Source: a virus
Taxonomy: Duplodnaviria > Heunggongvirae > Uroviricota > Caudoviricetes
Reading direction: 5' to 3' (one strand)
Virus record (IMG/VR): IMGVR_UViG_3300013104_000019
Location: 1 to 23,473 of that record
DNA length: 23,473 nt
The notes under the pieces were generated by a model, which saw nothing but the letters and a program-made list of their open reading frames with translations, was not told the DNA's origin and searched no databases. Of the stretch, positions 1-9,263 are shown in pieces (positions within the stretch are counted from its first letter, which is position 1; each line of letters begins with the position of its first letter). The position numbers were made by a program, and so were the translations under genes.

Positions 1-39
1 AATCCGACGCTGAACGGCCTGACCTATACGGCACCGTAA
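1..39 (+). CDS. 3' end of an upstream gene (...NPTLNGLTYTAP*), probably another adaptor-family virion protein
   Basis: Frame 1 is open to TAA at 37-39 and a terminator follows. The peptide resembles the hinge strand (T-x-L-x-G-L-x-Y) of the downstream paralogs. Confidence 0.55.
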   Translation, partial: NPTLNGLTYTAP

Positions 40-70
40 AGCCGCGATTAGCGACTCTCGACCTGGACGA

Positions 71-100
71 GGGAGGGCCGAGTGCCCTCCCTTTTTATTT
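71..100 (+). terminator. Intrinsic (rho-independent) terminator
   Basis: Perfect 8-bp stem GGGAGGGC/GCCCTCCC with a CGAGT loop, followed by TTTTTATTT. Confidence 0.85.
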
Positions 101-114
101 GTTTAGGGGCACCT

Positions 115-915
115 ATGTCATTGCTTAACGGGACACCTAAAGAGGTTGTGTTGTCGCTGGTTGCTCAGCATAACACGCTTCCTGTTCCTCTCACCGAGGA
201 GAACCTGTATTTCGGAGCAGCACGATTTGATACCGACGGCGTAACCTCCATACTACCTGTCACGGCTATGCTGGGCGGGGAGTATGTTGGTTATCAGAAT
301 TTCAAGTACAAGCGGATCAACCTGTCCCAGATTTTTGACGTCGCACCGATCATCTCGGATGTCGGTGGGCCGTCGCTGTACTCGATGTTGCCGGCTGTGA
401 ATAAAGTACTCGGGATGAATTTCACCGAGGACGACATTCTCGATACCGATATCGTCCCAATCAACGCGGGCGAGCAAACGAACATCAACATGGTGGCCAA
501 GTCGAGTTCGGCGGGCTACTCAGGTCAGTTCTTCTTCCGATTCATTCGGCTGCGCATCACCTTCACGAATGCAGTCAAAAGCACCGCACTTCAAACGCTG
601 GTGTATCCGGGCCATCCGGACGTCACGAAGACGAACCTGTCGATGATGATGTGGGATTTTGATTTCAGCCCCGATGTGGTCGCTGGTACGTTGGCACTGC
701 GAGGCAGTACGTGGGCGAATCAATCGGCGGTGGCGACCTTGATGCATGAGTTCGGTATCACCGACTGGCCCGCTCCGGTGGTCAACGGAGTGACCGATTA
801 CGCGACCAAGGATTATCCGGGCGCGAACACGGCATTCCAGCGCGTCATTGTGCAGAAAACCGTGAGTGGAAGTACGTACGCGGGAGACGCGCTCTTCCAC
901 TACAACCCATCGTAA
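115..915 (+). CDS. Virion structural/tail-fibre paralog, adaptor + HYN head (266 aa)
   Basis: ATG at 115 after AGGGG; the track start at 82 lies inside the terminator. Motifs YKRINL, LGMNFTEDDI, hinge STALQTLVYP, DFDFS and C-terminal LFHYNPS. Confidence 0.75.
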   Translation: MSLLNGTPKEVVLSLVAQHNTLPVPLTEENLYFGAARFDTDGVTSILPVTAMLGGEYVGYQNFKYKRINLSQIFDVAPIISDVGGPSLYSMLPAVNKVLGMNFTEDDILDTDIVPINAGEQTNINMVAKSSSAGYSGQFFFRFIRLRITFTNAVKSTALQTLVYPGHPDVTKTNLSMMMWDFDFSPDVVAGTLALRGSTWANQSAVATLMHEFGITDWPAPVVNGVTDYATKDYPGANTAFQRVIVQKTVSGSTYAGDALFHYNPS

Positions 916-924
916 GGATTTGAA

Positions 925-1788
925 ATGGCGCTTTTTCCCGATCCGTTGACCAGTATTCTGGCAGCCATCTCTGCGCAGAATCCGGGAGTCAGTCTGATTG
1001 CGTCGCAGTACACCTTCGGCAACCCGACTCCCTACACCGATCCGAATGGACTGACCAACACGTCCATGTCGATCACCCCCAATACGCCGGAGTCACCCTA
1101 CACTGGTACGGTGACCATCACGTATTTCCGCTGGCAGCTGCAAGACCTGCTCAATCAGCTGCCGTTGCCGTTGAAGTTTAACGGCCTGAACACTGCGCTT
1201 GCCATGGCGCAGAAGATGAACACCTACTTCGGTACGAACTTCACCGCAAGCGACATCGTCGATGGCCCGGTGACAGTGGCTGGAGATGGCAGCGGCACGC
1301 TCACGCTGACCGCACAAGCCAACTCGCTGGGTTGGGTGGGCACCGTCAATCTGCCGTTTGTGCTGGGTAACTTCGATCTCGGTACGGTCATCACGACGAC
1401 CGCTTTGCCGGGACTCATGTATCCGGAACGCGACGAGACGAAGCCGTTTGCAGAAGCGTACTCGTACTGGCGAGACTTCAGCCCGCAAGAGACGCTGCTG
1501 GTCAACCATACGACGGCCGATACGGATCTGACCGACATCGCTACTGCGCTCACGCAGAACGCAGGCAATTCGCAAGTCGTGTGGACAACCACGGGTCAGA
1601 CGCGTTATTCGCTTGCAGGCGCGACGATCACCTACAACGGCACCACTGCCGCGTATCCGACCAATAGCGACGGCTCAGCGCGCGTCAATACGTCGTATTC
1701 GAACGTGATGACGGTGCTGCTTGATCCGGTGCAGAACATCGGCTACACGGGTACGCTCTTCCTGCACTACAACGTGCCGGTGTTTTAA
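925..1788 (+). CDS. Virion structural/tail-fibre paralog, adaptor + HYN head (287 aa)
   Basis: Motifs FGNP, YFRWQL, FGTNFTASDIVD, NSLGWVG, hinge LGTVITTTALPGLMYP, DFS and LFLHYN. Thr/Gly/Asn-rich. Confidence 0.8.
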   Translation: MALFPDPLTSILAAISAQNPGVSLIASQYTFGNPTPYTDPNGLTNTSMSITPNTPESPYTGTVTITYFRWQLQDLLNQLPLPLKFNGLNTALAMAQKMNTYFGTNFTASDIVDGPVTVAGDGSGTLTLTAQANSLGWVGTVNLPFVLGNFDLGTVITTTALPGLMYPERDETKPFAEAYSYWRDFSPQETLLVNHTTADTDLTDIATALTQNAGNSQVVWTTTGQTRYSLAGATITYNGTTAAYPTNSDGSARVNTSYSNVMTVLLDPVQNIGYTGTLFLHYNVPVF

Positions 1789-1802
1789 TTAAGGAGTGAA
1801 TG

Positions 1803-2639
1803 ATGGCAAACGTCTTTACTCCGTCCGAGCAGAGGCTGACTGATCTGCTCAACATCACGAATTTGCCACCGAAGCTGTTCGACAACACGCGTCTGACGTA
1901 CGGTACGCCAGAAGCGGTGACGGGACAATCAGGTTACGACACGCAAGTGTTGGCCACTGCTATTCCCGGCATGGGGTATTACGGTGAGCAGATGGTCTAC
2001 TACTCGCGCATTCAGCTGAGTGTGCTGTCAGGTCAGGTCAATCTGTTCGACACCGACCCGTTCACGTTGGACAAAATCGTCTCGATGCTCAATGGTCAAT
2101 TCGACACGTTCTTGAGCACATCGGATCTGCAACCGATGACCATTCCACCGCTTTCGGCTGGTCAGTTCGAGACGATTACGCTGGTGGCAGCCTCGACTTC
2201 GATTGGCTGGCAAGGTCAAGTCGACATCGTGATCACGTATGGCAAGCCGCAATTGCCTGCGGTGATTGGCAGTCGTTCTCTGCGTGTGCTGAAATGGCCG
2301 GATTACCCGTATCGCAACGGGATCGAGTTCATGTGGAACATCGATTTCACCTCGTTCCGGGATGCGCTTAAGCTCAAGCAGTACGCGCCGGGCACATGGT
2401 TCACGTACTGGGGATTTACCGATTACGAAGCGATTGCAGATGTCTGCCATCGACTCGGTGTGCCGTGGTTCCCGGCTCCTCAGTGGAATCAGCAAGTCGC
2501 CGATTATGCAACGTCGGCTATCGCTGGTGCCAATACCGCATTCGATCGCGTGGTGGTGATGGGTCCCATCCAAGGTGGCTTGTTTAACAAGTACGATGGG
2601 TACATGTATTTCCACTACAACAACTTTGACAAGGCTTGA
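1803..2639 (+). CDS. Virion structural/tail-fibre paralog, adaptor + HYN head (278 aa)
   Basis: AGGAG RBS at 1792-1796 spaced best to ATG 1803. Motifs YSRIQL, SIGWQG, DFT and YFHYN. Head closely resembles that of 115..915. Confidence 0.8.
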   Translation: MANVFTPSEQRLTDLLNITNLPPKLFDNTRLTYGTPEAVTGQSGYDTQVLATAIPGMGYYGEQMVYYSRIQLSVLSGQVNLFDTDPFTLDKIVSMLNGQFDTFLSTSDLQPMTIPPLSAGQFETITLVAASTSIGWQGQVDIVITYGKPQLPAVIGSRSLRVLKWPDYPYRNGIEFMWNIDFTSFRDALKLKQYAPGTWFTYWGFTDYEAIADVCHRLGVPWFPAPQWNQQVADYATSAIAGANTAFDRVVVMGPIQGGLFNKYDGYMYFHYNNFDKA

Positions 2640-2641
2640 AA

Positions 2642-3622
2642 ATGGGACTCTACACCAAGACATCTCAGCAGATGTTGTTTGACCTGCTCAATGCGAGCAA
2701 CCCGTCGATGCCGTTTCCGGTCTCGTCATCGAACGTCAAGTTCGGCACGGTATCGACTGTCACGCCTTCGGGCGGAGCCATTCAGGACACAGCGGTCAAG
2801 GTGATCGCACTGCCGGGCAGCCCGTACGTCGGCAATCAGGCACTGACGTATCGTCGCCTGAACGCGACGGTGCTGTTCCGTTCGGTACCGCTGCGTATCG
2901 ACCTGTATTCATCGGCCAACACTAGCACGTCGCCGTACAAGATGAGCCAGCTGCTGCCGTACATCAACGCGAAGTACGGCCTGAATCTGCAAGCGTCCGA
3001 CATCGTCGATGTGAACTTCCCGGCGGGCAACACGAACGCCAACGCTGCGTATGGCGTTGCGACTGGCACGCGCAACGCAGTCGCAACGCTTACGTTCACG
3101 ACTGCAAACTACGCATGGCTGGGCAACATCAACGTATGCTGGGTGCAAGCACCGCAAGATCTGTCTACGCTGCTTGCAACGTCGTCGCTGGAAACGGCAC
3201 TGACCTATCCGGGTCAACGCGACGTGGTGAACAACACGGTGTACGTGCCCAACCTCGACGTGTACTACCAAGACTTCACCGATCAGTTCACCACGCTGTG
3301 GGGTACGCCGCTTGCGTCCACCGTTCCGGGTTATAACGGCGCGGCAATTGCGACCAGCACCAACAGCATCACAGGCATCCTCAATGCCATCAATGCCCTC
3401 TCGGGCAAGACCTATACGGTCGGCCAAGGCACACCGGCTGGCAGTCAAGCGATGGATTTGACGGGTGCTGTGATGACGAAGGTAGACCTGACTCAAGCGG
3501 CCAACCAAACCCTGTATCCGGAATCGGATTACAGGTACTACAACAGCATGCTGTACATCAAGCTGACGGCTGGAACCAACACGTGGGGCGCAGGCGACAT
3601 GATGCTCCACTACAACGCTTAA
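2642..3622 (+). CDS. Virion structural/tail-fibre paralog, adaptor + HYN head (326 aa)
   Basis: ATG at 2642. Motifs LFDLLNASN, FGTV, YRRLN, INAKYGLNL..SDIVD, hinge SSLETALTYP and C-terminal MLHYNA. Confidence 0.8.
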   Translation: MGLYTKTSQQMLFDLLNASNPSMPFPVSSSNVKFGTVSTVTPSGGAIQDTAVKVIALPGSPYVGNQALTYRRLNATVLFRSVPLRIDLYSSANTSTSPYKMSQLLPYINAKYGLNLQASDIVDVNFPAGNTNANAAYGVATGTRNAVATLTFTTANYAWLGNINVCWVQAPQDLSTLLATSSLETALTYPGQRDVVNNTVYVPNLDVYYQDFTDQFTTLWGTPLASTVPGYNGAAIATSTNSITGILNAINALSGKTYTVGQGTPAGSQAMDLTGAVMTKVDLTQAANQTLYPESDYRYYNSMLYIKLTAGTNTWGAGDMMLHYNA

Positions 3623-3632
3623 AGGGTGAATC

Positions 3633-4538
3633 ATGAGTCGATTTCAATGGCCTTCGCTCACAGCTTTGCTGGACGCCATCAACACCGCGAACACTACCGT
3701 GCTGGCTTCCTCGGATGTGTCGTTCTCGAACCCGAAGGTGATCACTGGCGGCACATGGCAGGGTATTGCGAGCGATCGCAATACGGCGATTCAGGTGACC
3801 GGTAACGGTGTCACGTACAAGGGTAACAAGGTTATCCAGTACAACCGTAAGGACATCTCGCAGCTGCTGAATCTGCCAAGCTTCAAGATGGCGGTGTACA
3901 ACATCAACACCGTCTGGGACCTCATCCCGTACTTTGCGTACTGGACGGGGATCAAATTCGTGCAGGGCGACCTCATCAACGACCCGGTGACGGGGTTGAC
4001 GAACAACGCCGGGCAGATCACGGTGCGTGCTGACCCCAACTCGCTGGGTTGGATCGGACAGGTAACGATGACGGTCACGCAGGGCGGTATCGGCCTTGAC
4101 ACGGCCGTGCAGACCGCTGCGCTCACGGGTCTCAACTACCCGGTCTCCGATGCTTCGGCTCCGCCTGCTTCGGCCACGTACGGTCCGGTGTATCTGTACC
4201 CGTACGACTTCTCGGCCAACACCAGCACATTCCTCAGCTGGACTCCGGGCGTGCTCACGCAAGCCCAAGCCGATACGCTTGTCGCAGCCCTCAAGGCAGT
4301 CGACATCGGATCGGGCGCAGCGCTGTGGAACGACGTCGCGTCGGGCAACTCAGGCTACACGGCGTGGAACTTGACGGGTGCAACGATCGTCTCGAACGGT
4401 CTGAACAACGCCAACACCATGCCGACCAACCCGAGCTACAAGTATGCGATGGTCCTCCAACTGCGTTCGGATGTGACGGTTCCGAGCGGTCTGTTGTACA
4501 TTCAGTACAACGATCCGTTCAACCCGAACAACTTCTAA
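3633..4538 (+). CDS. Virion structural/tail-fibre paralog, adaptor + QYN head (301 aa)
   Basis: Motifs LLDAINTAN, RNTAI, YNRKDI, NSLGWIG, hinge LDTAVQTAALTGLNYP, YDFS and LYIQYN. Confidence 0.8.
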   Translation: MSRFQWPSLTALLDAINTANTTVLASSDVSFSNPKVITGGTWQGIASDRNTAIQVTGNGVTYKGNKVIQYNRKDISQLLNLPSFKMAVYNINTVWDLIPYFAYWTGIKFVQGDLINDPVTGLTNNAGQITVRADPNSLGWIGQVTMTVTQGGIGLDTAVQTAALTGLNYPVSDASAPPASATYGPVYLYPYDFSANTSTFLSWTPGVLTQAQADTLVAALKAVDIGSGAALWNDVASGNSGYTAWNLTGATIVSNGLNNANTMPTNPSYKYAMVLQLRSDVTVPSGLLYIQYNDPFNPNNF

Positions 4539-4547
4539 GCGCCATGT

Positions 4548-4574
4548 CGCTCTGGAGGCAACCCCTCCAGAGCG
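4548..4574 (+). other. Intergenic RNA hairpin without a U-tract
   Basis: Perfect 11-bp stem CGCTCTGGAGG/CCTCCAGAGCG between two co-oriented genes, followed by CAAAAC rather than a T run. Confidence 0.6.
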
Positions 4575-4590
4575 CAAAACGAGGTGTTGA

Positions 4591-5472
4591 ATGTTTCCAT
4601 ACAAAGCTACACAGTACGACACCTTCATGGCGCTGGTGCAGGCATCCAATCCTGGGTTGGACATTGCACCGCTGACTTCTGACCAACTGCGTGCGCTGGT
4701 TCCGACAACGATCACAGCGGATGCTTTTGGGCGGGACACATCCGTGCGCCTGATGGTGCGGCCGAATAACAGCAAGTATTTCGGTACGCAGACGGTTACG
4801 TATCGCCGGATCAATCTGGCGAACTATTTCCGGAACATGGTGTTGACGCTTGACGATTACGTCGCAAGCGGTAACCTGCTGGCCGCGCAATTTGTATCGT
4901 CCTTCAACGCGAAGTACGGCACTGCGCTTGTCACGACTGATTTCGCAGCAACAAGTTTTGTATCGGGCTCACTTACGACAGTGCCGATGCTGGGGGCCTC
5001 GATCTGTTACGAAGGTTCGTTTCAGGTTACGTGGACCAAGGGTAAGCAGCAGATCGCTTCAGCGGTGAGCAATCCGGTTCTCACGGGACGATTGTATCCG
5101 GGCGGTAACACCATGCCGCCTAATAAGCCAGTAGCTGATTTCCTGACGTATAACTTGGATTGTTCATCGATCAAAGCTGCGTTGGGTGGTCTGTCCTCTG
5201 GCGGTACGATTACCCCGACCAACTGGAATACCGCGAACAGCATCTACGCGACGATTCTGGCTTTCTTGCAGCGGGCTCGTCCGGATCTGAATTTGAGCGG
5301 TGCTGATTCAGCCACCACGGGTGGCTTAGGGAATCTGGTGGCTACCCGCTACACGATCCCCTCGGCAGCGGTGCAAGGCGCTAACAGTGCCAAGTACACG
5401 ACGCTGGTGACGATCCAGTCGGTGTCAGGGTCGTGGTTCAAAGGGATGTTCTATCTTCACTACAACGCTTAA
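4591..5472 (+). CDS. Virion structural/tail-fibre paralog, adaptor + HYN head (293 aa)
   Basis: GAGGT RBS. Motifs RDTSV, YRRINL, FNAKYGTAL, hinge NPVLTGRLYP and C-terminal FYLHYNA. Confidence 0.8.
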   Translation: MFPYKATQYDTFMALVQASNPGLDIAPLTSDQLRALVPTTITADAFGRDTSVRLMVRPNNSKYFGTQTVTYRRINLANYFRNMVLTLDDYVASGNLLAAQFVSSFNAKYGTALVTTDFAATSFVSGSLTTVPMLGASICYEGSFQVTWTKGKQQIASAVSNPVLTGRLYPGGNTMPPNKPVADFLTYNLDCSSIKAALGGLSSGGTITPTNWNTANSIYATILAFLQRARPDLNLSGADSATTGGLGNLVATRYTIPSAAVQGANSAKYTTLVTIQSVSGSWFKGMFYLHYNA

Positions 5473-5484
5473 CGGGAGGGCGTC

Positions 5485-5991
5485 ATGAGTTTGTATCAAG
5501 CATCGCAAGACGACCTTTCGTTGATGCTTTCAGTAGCTGTTGGTGCGACTGTCAACAGTGCGGACTATACCGTCCTTGGCGTGCGTCCGACTACGACGGC
5601 TGAGCAAAGCGGAGTGGCGGGAGGCAAGAACAGCAAGGCGCGTGTGTCGATGAAATCGAGTTCCACGTACCGGGGCTATGTCGATGTGTATTACGATCGA
5701 CTGGACTTGGGTGCGTTGACGAACTTCTCACCCATCAAAACGGTGGCATCAGCAGGTACGGATATCTCGGCACTGCTCACGCAGATTCGCGATATGTACG
5801 GCATCAACTTCACGATGGCGGATCTTGCAGATACACAGACGCAAGATGACGGCTCGGGAACAGGTGCCTCGACTTTACTGCTGCAAGCTTTGTCGACCTC
5901 CATCGGCTGGATCAACAGCGTCACCATCAAGTTCGCCCCGCTGCCTGACATCAGTACGGCGTTCAACTCGCCGGTCATGCCGGGCTTCTAA
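5485..5991 (+). CDS. Adaptor-only paralog (168 aa)
   Basis: GGGAGG RBS. Motifs YDRLDL, YGINFT..DL and SIGW. Ends at the hinge (ISTAFNSPVMPGF*). Confidence 0.8.
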   Translation: MSLYQASQDDLSLMLSVAVGATVNSADYTVLGVRPTTTAEQSGVAGGKNSKARVSMKSSSTYRGYVDVYYDRLDLGALTNFSPIKTVASAGTDISALLTQIRDMYGINFTMADLADTQTQDDGSGTGASTLLLQALSTSIGWINSVTIKFAPLPDISTAFNSPVMPGF

Positions 5992-6005
5992 ACGAAGGGT
6001 AGAAA

Positions 6006-6374
6006 ATGAGCGATCAAACTTTCTGGGCAAATTACTTGTTCTTTTGCGATTTCAGCGCAGACAAGGACTCGCTCGTCGATTTGCCGACGGGCGTGGTGGA
6101 CGAACATGCTGCTACCATCTTGGCTGCAACCCTTTCCATGCATGATACCGGTGAGGGTCGTGCGCTCTGGACGGATCAGCAAAATCCGGAGTGGGGGTTG
6201 GCTGGTGCGGAGATCATCCACAACGGACCGAACGAAACGGGCTTTGCCAGCAACGGCTCGTTCGACCACGTGCTGATGCTCAAATTCCCTGAAACGCAAG
6301 TGTATCCGAAGGGCATCATCGCGGTTCAGTACAACGCCGGCACCAGCACGGCTCCGGTGACACCGACGGCATAA
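6006..6374 (+). CDS. Stand-alone head domain (122 aa), homologous to the C-terminal half of 3633..4538
   Basis: YLFFCDFSA...G.GRALW...W.LAGA.I..NG...QYN aligns by eye with YLYPYDFSA...GSGAALW...WNLTGATIVSNG...QYN. Has its own purine-rich RBS. Confidence 0.8.
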   Translation: MSDQTFWANYLFFCDFSADKDSLVDLPTGVVDEHAATILAATLSMHDTGEGRALWTDQQNPEWGLAGAEIIHNGPNETGFASNGSFDHVLMLKFPETQVYPKGIIAVQYNAGTSTAPVTPTA

Positions 6375-6383
6375 GGCGGTTTT

Positions 6384-6421
6384 CATTCTGAGGATTCTTC
6401 CTCAGAGGAATCCTTGGAATG
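6384..6421 (+). promoter_or_regulatory. 17-bp RNA hairpin leading fibre block 1
   Basis: CATTCTGAGGATTCTTC-ctca-GAGGAATCCTTGGAATG, fully paired with 3 G-U pairs. Homologous to 10605..10642. Confidence 0.7.
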
Positions 6422-6448
6422 TAGCTGTCTTTTTTAAGAGAGAAGATC

Positions 6449-8161
6449 ATGGCATTGAAAGCAGCTTTTAACTGGGATCACTTGGCTGGCGTCAATCTGA
6501 TTCCTGGAGCTACCAGTGGGTACGGGACCTACCAATTAGCAGCATGGCTGGACCTCTACGGTAATGGTTACACGCCATACGCCTACATTCCGTCAGTGGG
6601 CAATTCACTCATCAGCATTGATTCAAACGGGTGGTTTTCGTTATCGACACCCGCTTCATCGACTCCTTATCTTGGTGCTTTGGAAATTCCATGGGGAATG
6701 TTCCTCGACAACACCAAGACAGAAAGCTGGATTGGTTTTCGGTTCAAGGCTACAAGCAATCTGTTCACTGGCGCAGGCAATTTTGTCTGGTTGGCGTCAG
6801 TCAACGGCGCTGGACCCACGACACTGATCACGCTTGCCTCACTGGCAACATGGGGTTGTGTGCTCGGTAAAGAGTACTACTTTGAACTGCGATTCTGGAA
6901 GAACGGAGCGAACTATCAGGTTGATGTCTGGATGGACGGGGTTTTGAAATCTACCGGTTCTACCTCCATCGGTTCAGTATCCGGCATGCCGTCCAATTTC
7001 ATCTGGTTCGGCTCTGCGACTCAAACTACCGCCAGTGTCGTTACGACTTTCCTCTTCCGGGATTTCTATTTCTTGGATGCAGACGGTTTGGGGAATTGGG
7101 ATAGCACTCGTGTGGGCCCAATTCGTACGACTCCGTTGCCAATCTCATCGGTATCCGCACCGAATTATAGCGCTGGTACAGCCGCCCTGACAGGAGGCGC
7201 GGCTTTGTCGAGCGCGCAGTCCAAGTTCGGCGGTTCCTCATTGCTCGTGACGGGCGCTAACGACTACGCACTGGTTCAAGATTCGGTTGCGCTCAAGTTC
7301 ACAGGCGACTTCACAATCGAATACTTCGCGTATCTCAACGCCTCAAGTAACGGCATGGTCTACTCGAAGGGGCCGACGACGAGTCGAATTCAGGTTTATC
7401 AGGGCAATCTGGTTGTGTATAGCGATCAGTCTGTGTCTGGTACGCCGCTCGTTTCATCAGCGGCTGGTAAGATCATTCTGAACCAGATGCAGCATCACGC
7501 GATTGTGAAACAAGGCAATGTCTGGACGATTTATATCGACGGGCAGTCGGTTGGAACTGTGACTTCGGCGGGTCAGACGTTGGGAAACAACACGAACTCA
7601 GCTTATCTCGGCAACTATGCGGCGTTGGGTTTCCCGCTGAATGGTTATCTGGATGAATTCCGGATTAGCAACGTTGCACGCTACACGGGGAATTTCACAC
7701 CGCCTGCGAGTGCCTTTACACCGGATGCGAATACGGTGATGTTGTTGCATTGTGATCAGGCACTGGCTGGATTCATGCGCGATGAAGCCCCATCCCCGCA
7801 GAGTGTGCTTCAAACCCTGATGGCGAACGGTGTTCCAGCAACGACCCCGAACATCACGAACGCTGCGACGCTTGATCCGCTGAAGATTTCGTTCAGTACG
7901 AGTGGAATCGTAGCAGGTTCCAAGATCCTCGCAATGAAGTACCAACATGCGGTAATGAATCAACAATCGGGTAACGGCGTGATCAATCCCTCGCTGGTGG
8001 AAGGGCAAAGCACACTTAGCCTGACTCAAGAAACATTCACAGATGCCACCATGCGGTACAGCCGTTCGATTGGCTATGTCAAGACAGCACCTGACGGATC
8101 TGCACTGACGCTTTCCAATATCGCTGCTACGCAGCTGGTGTTGACCCCGACGTCGGTATAA
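6449..8161 (+). CDS. Putative receptor-binding/tail protein: ConA-like N-domain + inserted LamG-like cassette + C-domain (570 aa)
   Basis: N-domain motifs WDH, WIGFRFK, EYYFE, VWMDGV and FRDFYFLD. LamG motifs [28 protein letters not shown] at about 7169-7783. C-terminal APDGSALT. Confidence 0.75.
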   Translation: MALKAAFNWDHLAGVNLIPGATSGYGTYQLAAWLDLYGNGYTPYAYIPSVGNSLISIDSNGWFSLSTPASSTPYLGALEIPWGMFLDNTKTESWIGFRFKATSNLFTGAGNFVWLASVNGAGPTTLITLASLATWGCVLGKEYYFELRFWKNGANYQVDVWMDGVLKSTGSTSIGSVSGMPSNFIWFGSATQTTASVVTTFLFRDFYFLDADGLGNWDSTRVGPIRTTPLPISSVSAPNYSAGTAALTGGAALSSAQSKFGGSSLLVTGANDYALVQDSVALKFTGDFTIEYFAYLNASSNGMVYSKGPTTSRIQVYQGNLVVYSDQSVSGTPLVSSAAGKIILNQMQHHAIVKQGNVWTIYIDGQSVGTVTSAGQTLGNNTNSAYLGNYAALGFPLNGYLDEFRISNVARYTGNFTPPASAFTPDANTVMLLHCDQALAGFMRDEAPSPQSVLQTLMANGVPATTPNITNAATLDPLKISFSTSGIVAGSKILAMKYQHAVMNQQSGNGVINPSLVEGQSTLSLTQETFTDATMRYSRSIGYVKTAPDGSALTLSNIAATQLVLTPTSV

Positions 8162-8171
8162 GGAGTGAATG

Positions 8172-9260
8172 ATGACAATGCGTTTGGTAATGCCGTTTGA
8201 TCACGTACCGGCTGCGTACGACGGCGGTGTCAATGTATCAACTTACACTGATTATCCGGCGTTTCAGTTCGGTACAAACGGCGGTGCTTCGCGAGGCGTA
8301 CTGGCAGACTCCGGGTACAACTGGCTGTCGGTGAAGATTGCCGGGTTAAACAGCTACGGTTATGCTGCTTTTTTGGCACTGCCTGTGAGTTCGTTGTTTG
8401 ATTTGACGAAAGCAAGGAGTTACGTCGGCTTTCGGTATAAGGTCACTACTTATAATACGACTGCTGGACTGTCACTTTTTTGCTGGGAAGCTGCGACCAC
8501 ACCTCCCGGCAACGGTCCGACAGGAACGACCAATGCGCTGATCAAGACCACGGAATTTACCTTCACGCTGGGCCAGGATTACTACATCGAAATCATGTTC
8601 GATTGGGTGAACTTGACACGCACTGTGTGGGTGGATGGCGTAAAGATCGTGAATGCCGTAGCACTAGGTTTCACTCCGCTGTCGACGCACCTGGTGGAAT
8701 GGACCATTCAATCAGGTAGCGCTGCTGTCAACCCTGTGATCCAAGTGAAGGATTTCTACGCACTGGATGATGCAGGCGACGGTGCAGCTGACAGCCAGCG
8801 ACAAGGTCCGATGGTCTACTTGCCGCTTACCATGAATGACGCTTCGGGCAACGGTTGGACCAGTTCGGATAGCACGACGCTTTTGGCCGACATCAACAAT
8901 GCGATTACGGGTTCGGGGAATTTGGCTGCCCCGTATGCGCAGAGTCCGACTGATGGTACGCCACTCGATATGCATTTCAATGCGTCGGGCTTGGATCCGA
9001 ATGTCGGGATTAAGGGTCTTGTTGTGCTTGGTTCGGCCACTCGTCCCTCGGGTGCTGTAGCGTCGGTGAAAACGGTCGTATCGGATCAAGCCACGCCTGC
9101 GAATACGAAACGATTGGTGGATCAGAATTTTCCAAGTGCAGGCGTCGTTCCTAACCGAACGGTTGGTGTCTTGACGACTGCCTTGGACGGATCGACTTGG
9201 ACACCGACTAAGATCCAGCAGACCAAGATCAGCATGAATGCGATCGTTCCGGGGACTTAA
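8172..9260 (+). CDS. Putative tail protein, same two-domain family without the LamG cassette (about 362 aa)
   Basis: AGGAG RBS; tandem ATGs at 8169, 8172 and 8178. Motifs FDHVP, YVGFRYK, DYYIE, VWVDGV, KDFYALDD and ALDGSTWT. Confidence 0.75.
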   Translation: MTMRLVMPFDHVPAAYDGGVNVSTYTDYPAFQFGTNGGASRGVLADSGYNWLSVKIAGLNSYGYAAFLALPVSSLFDLTKARSYVGFRYKVTTYNTTAGLSLFCWEAATTPPGNGPTGTTNALIKTTEFTFTLGQDYYIEIMFDWVNLTRTVWVDGVKIVNAVALGFTPLSTHLVEWTIQSGSAAVNPVIQVKDFYALDDAGDGAADSQRQGPMVYLPLTMNDASGNGWTSSDSTTLLADINNAITGSGNLAAPYAQSPTDGTPLDMHFNASGLDPNVGIKGLVVLGSATRPSGAVASVKTVVSDQATPANTKRLVDQNFPSAGVVPNRTVGVLTTALDGSTWTPTKIQQTKISMNAIVPGT

Positions 9261-9263
9261 TCA

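Noticed and set aside
5960-6010. Programmed frameshift or readthrough fusing 5485 and 6006
   Set aside because: No slippery heptamer is visible, and the head frame has TAG at 6000-6002 just before its ATG.
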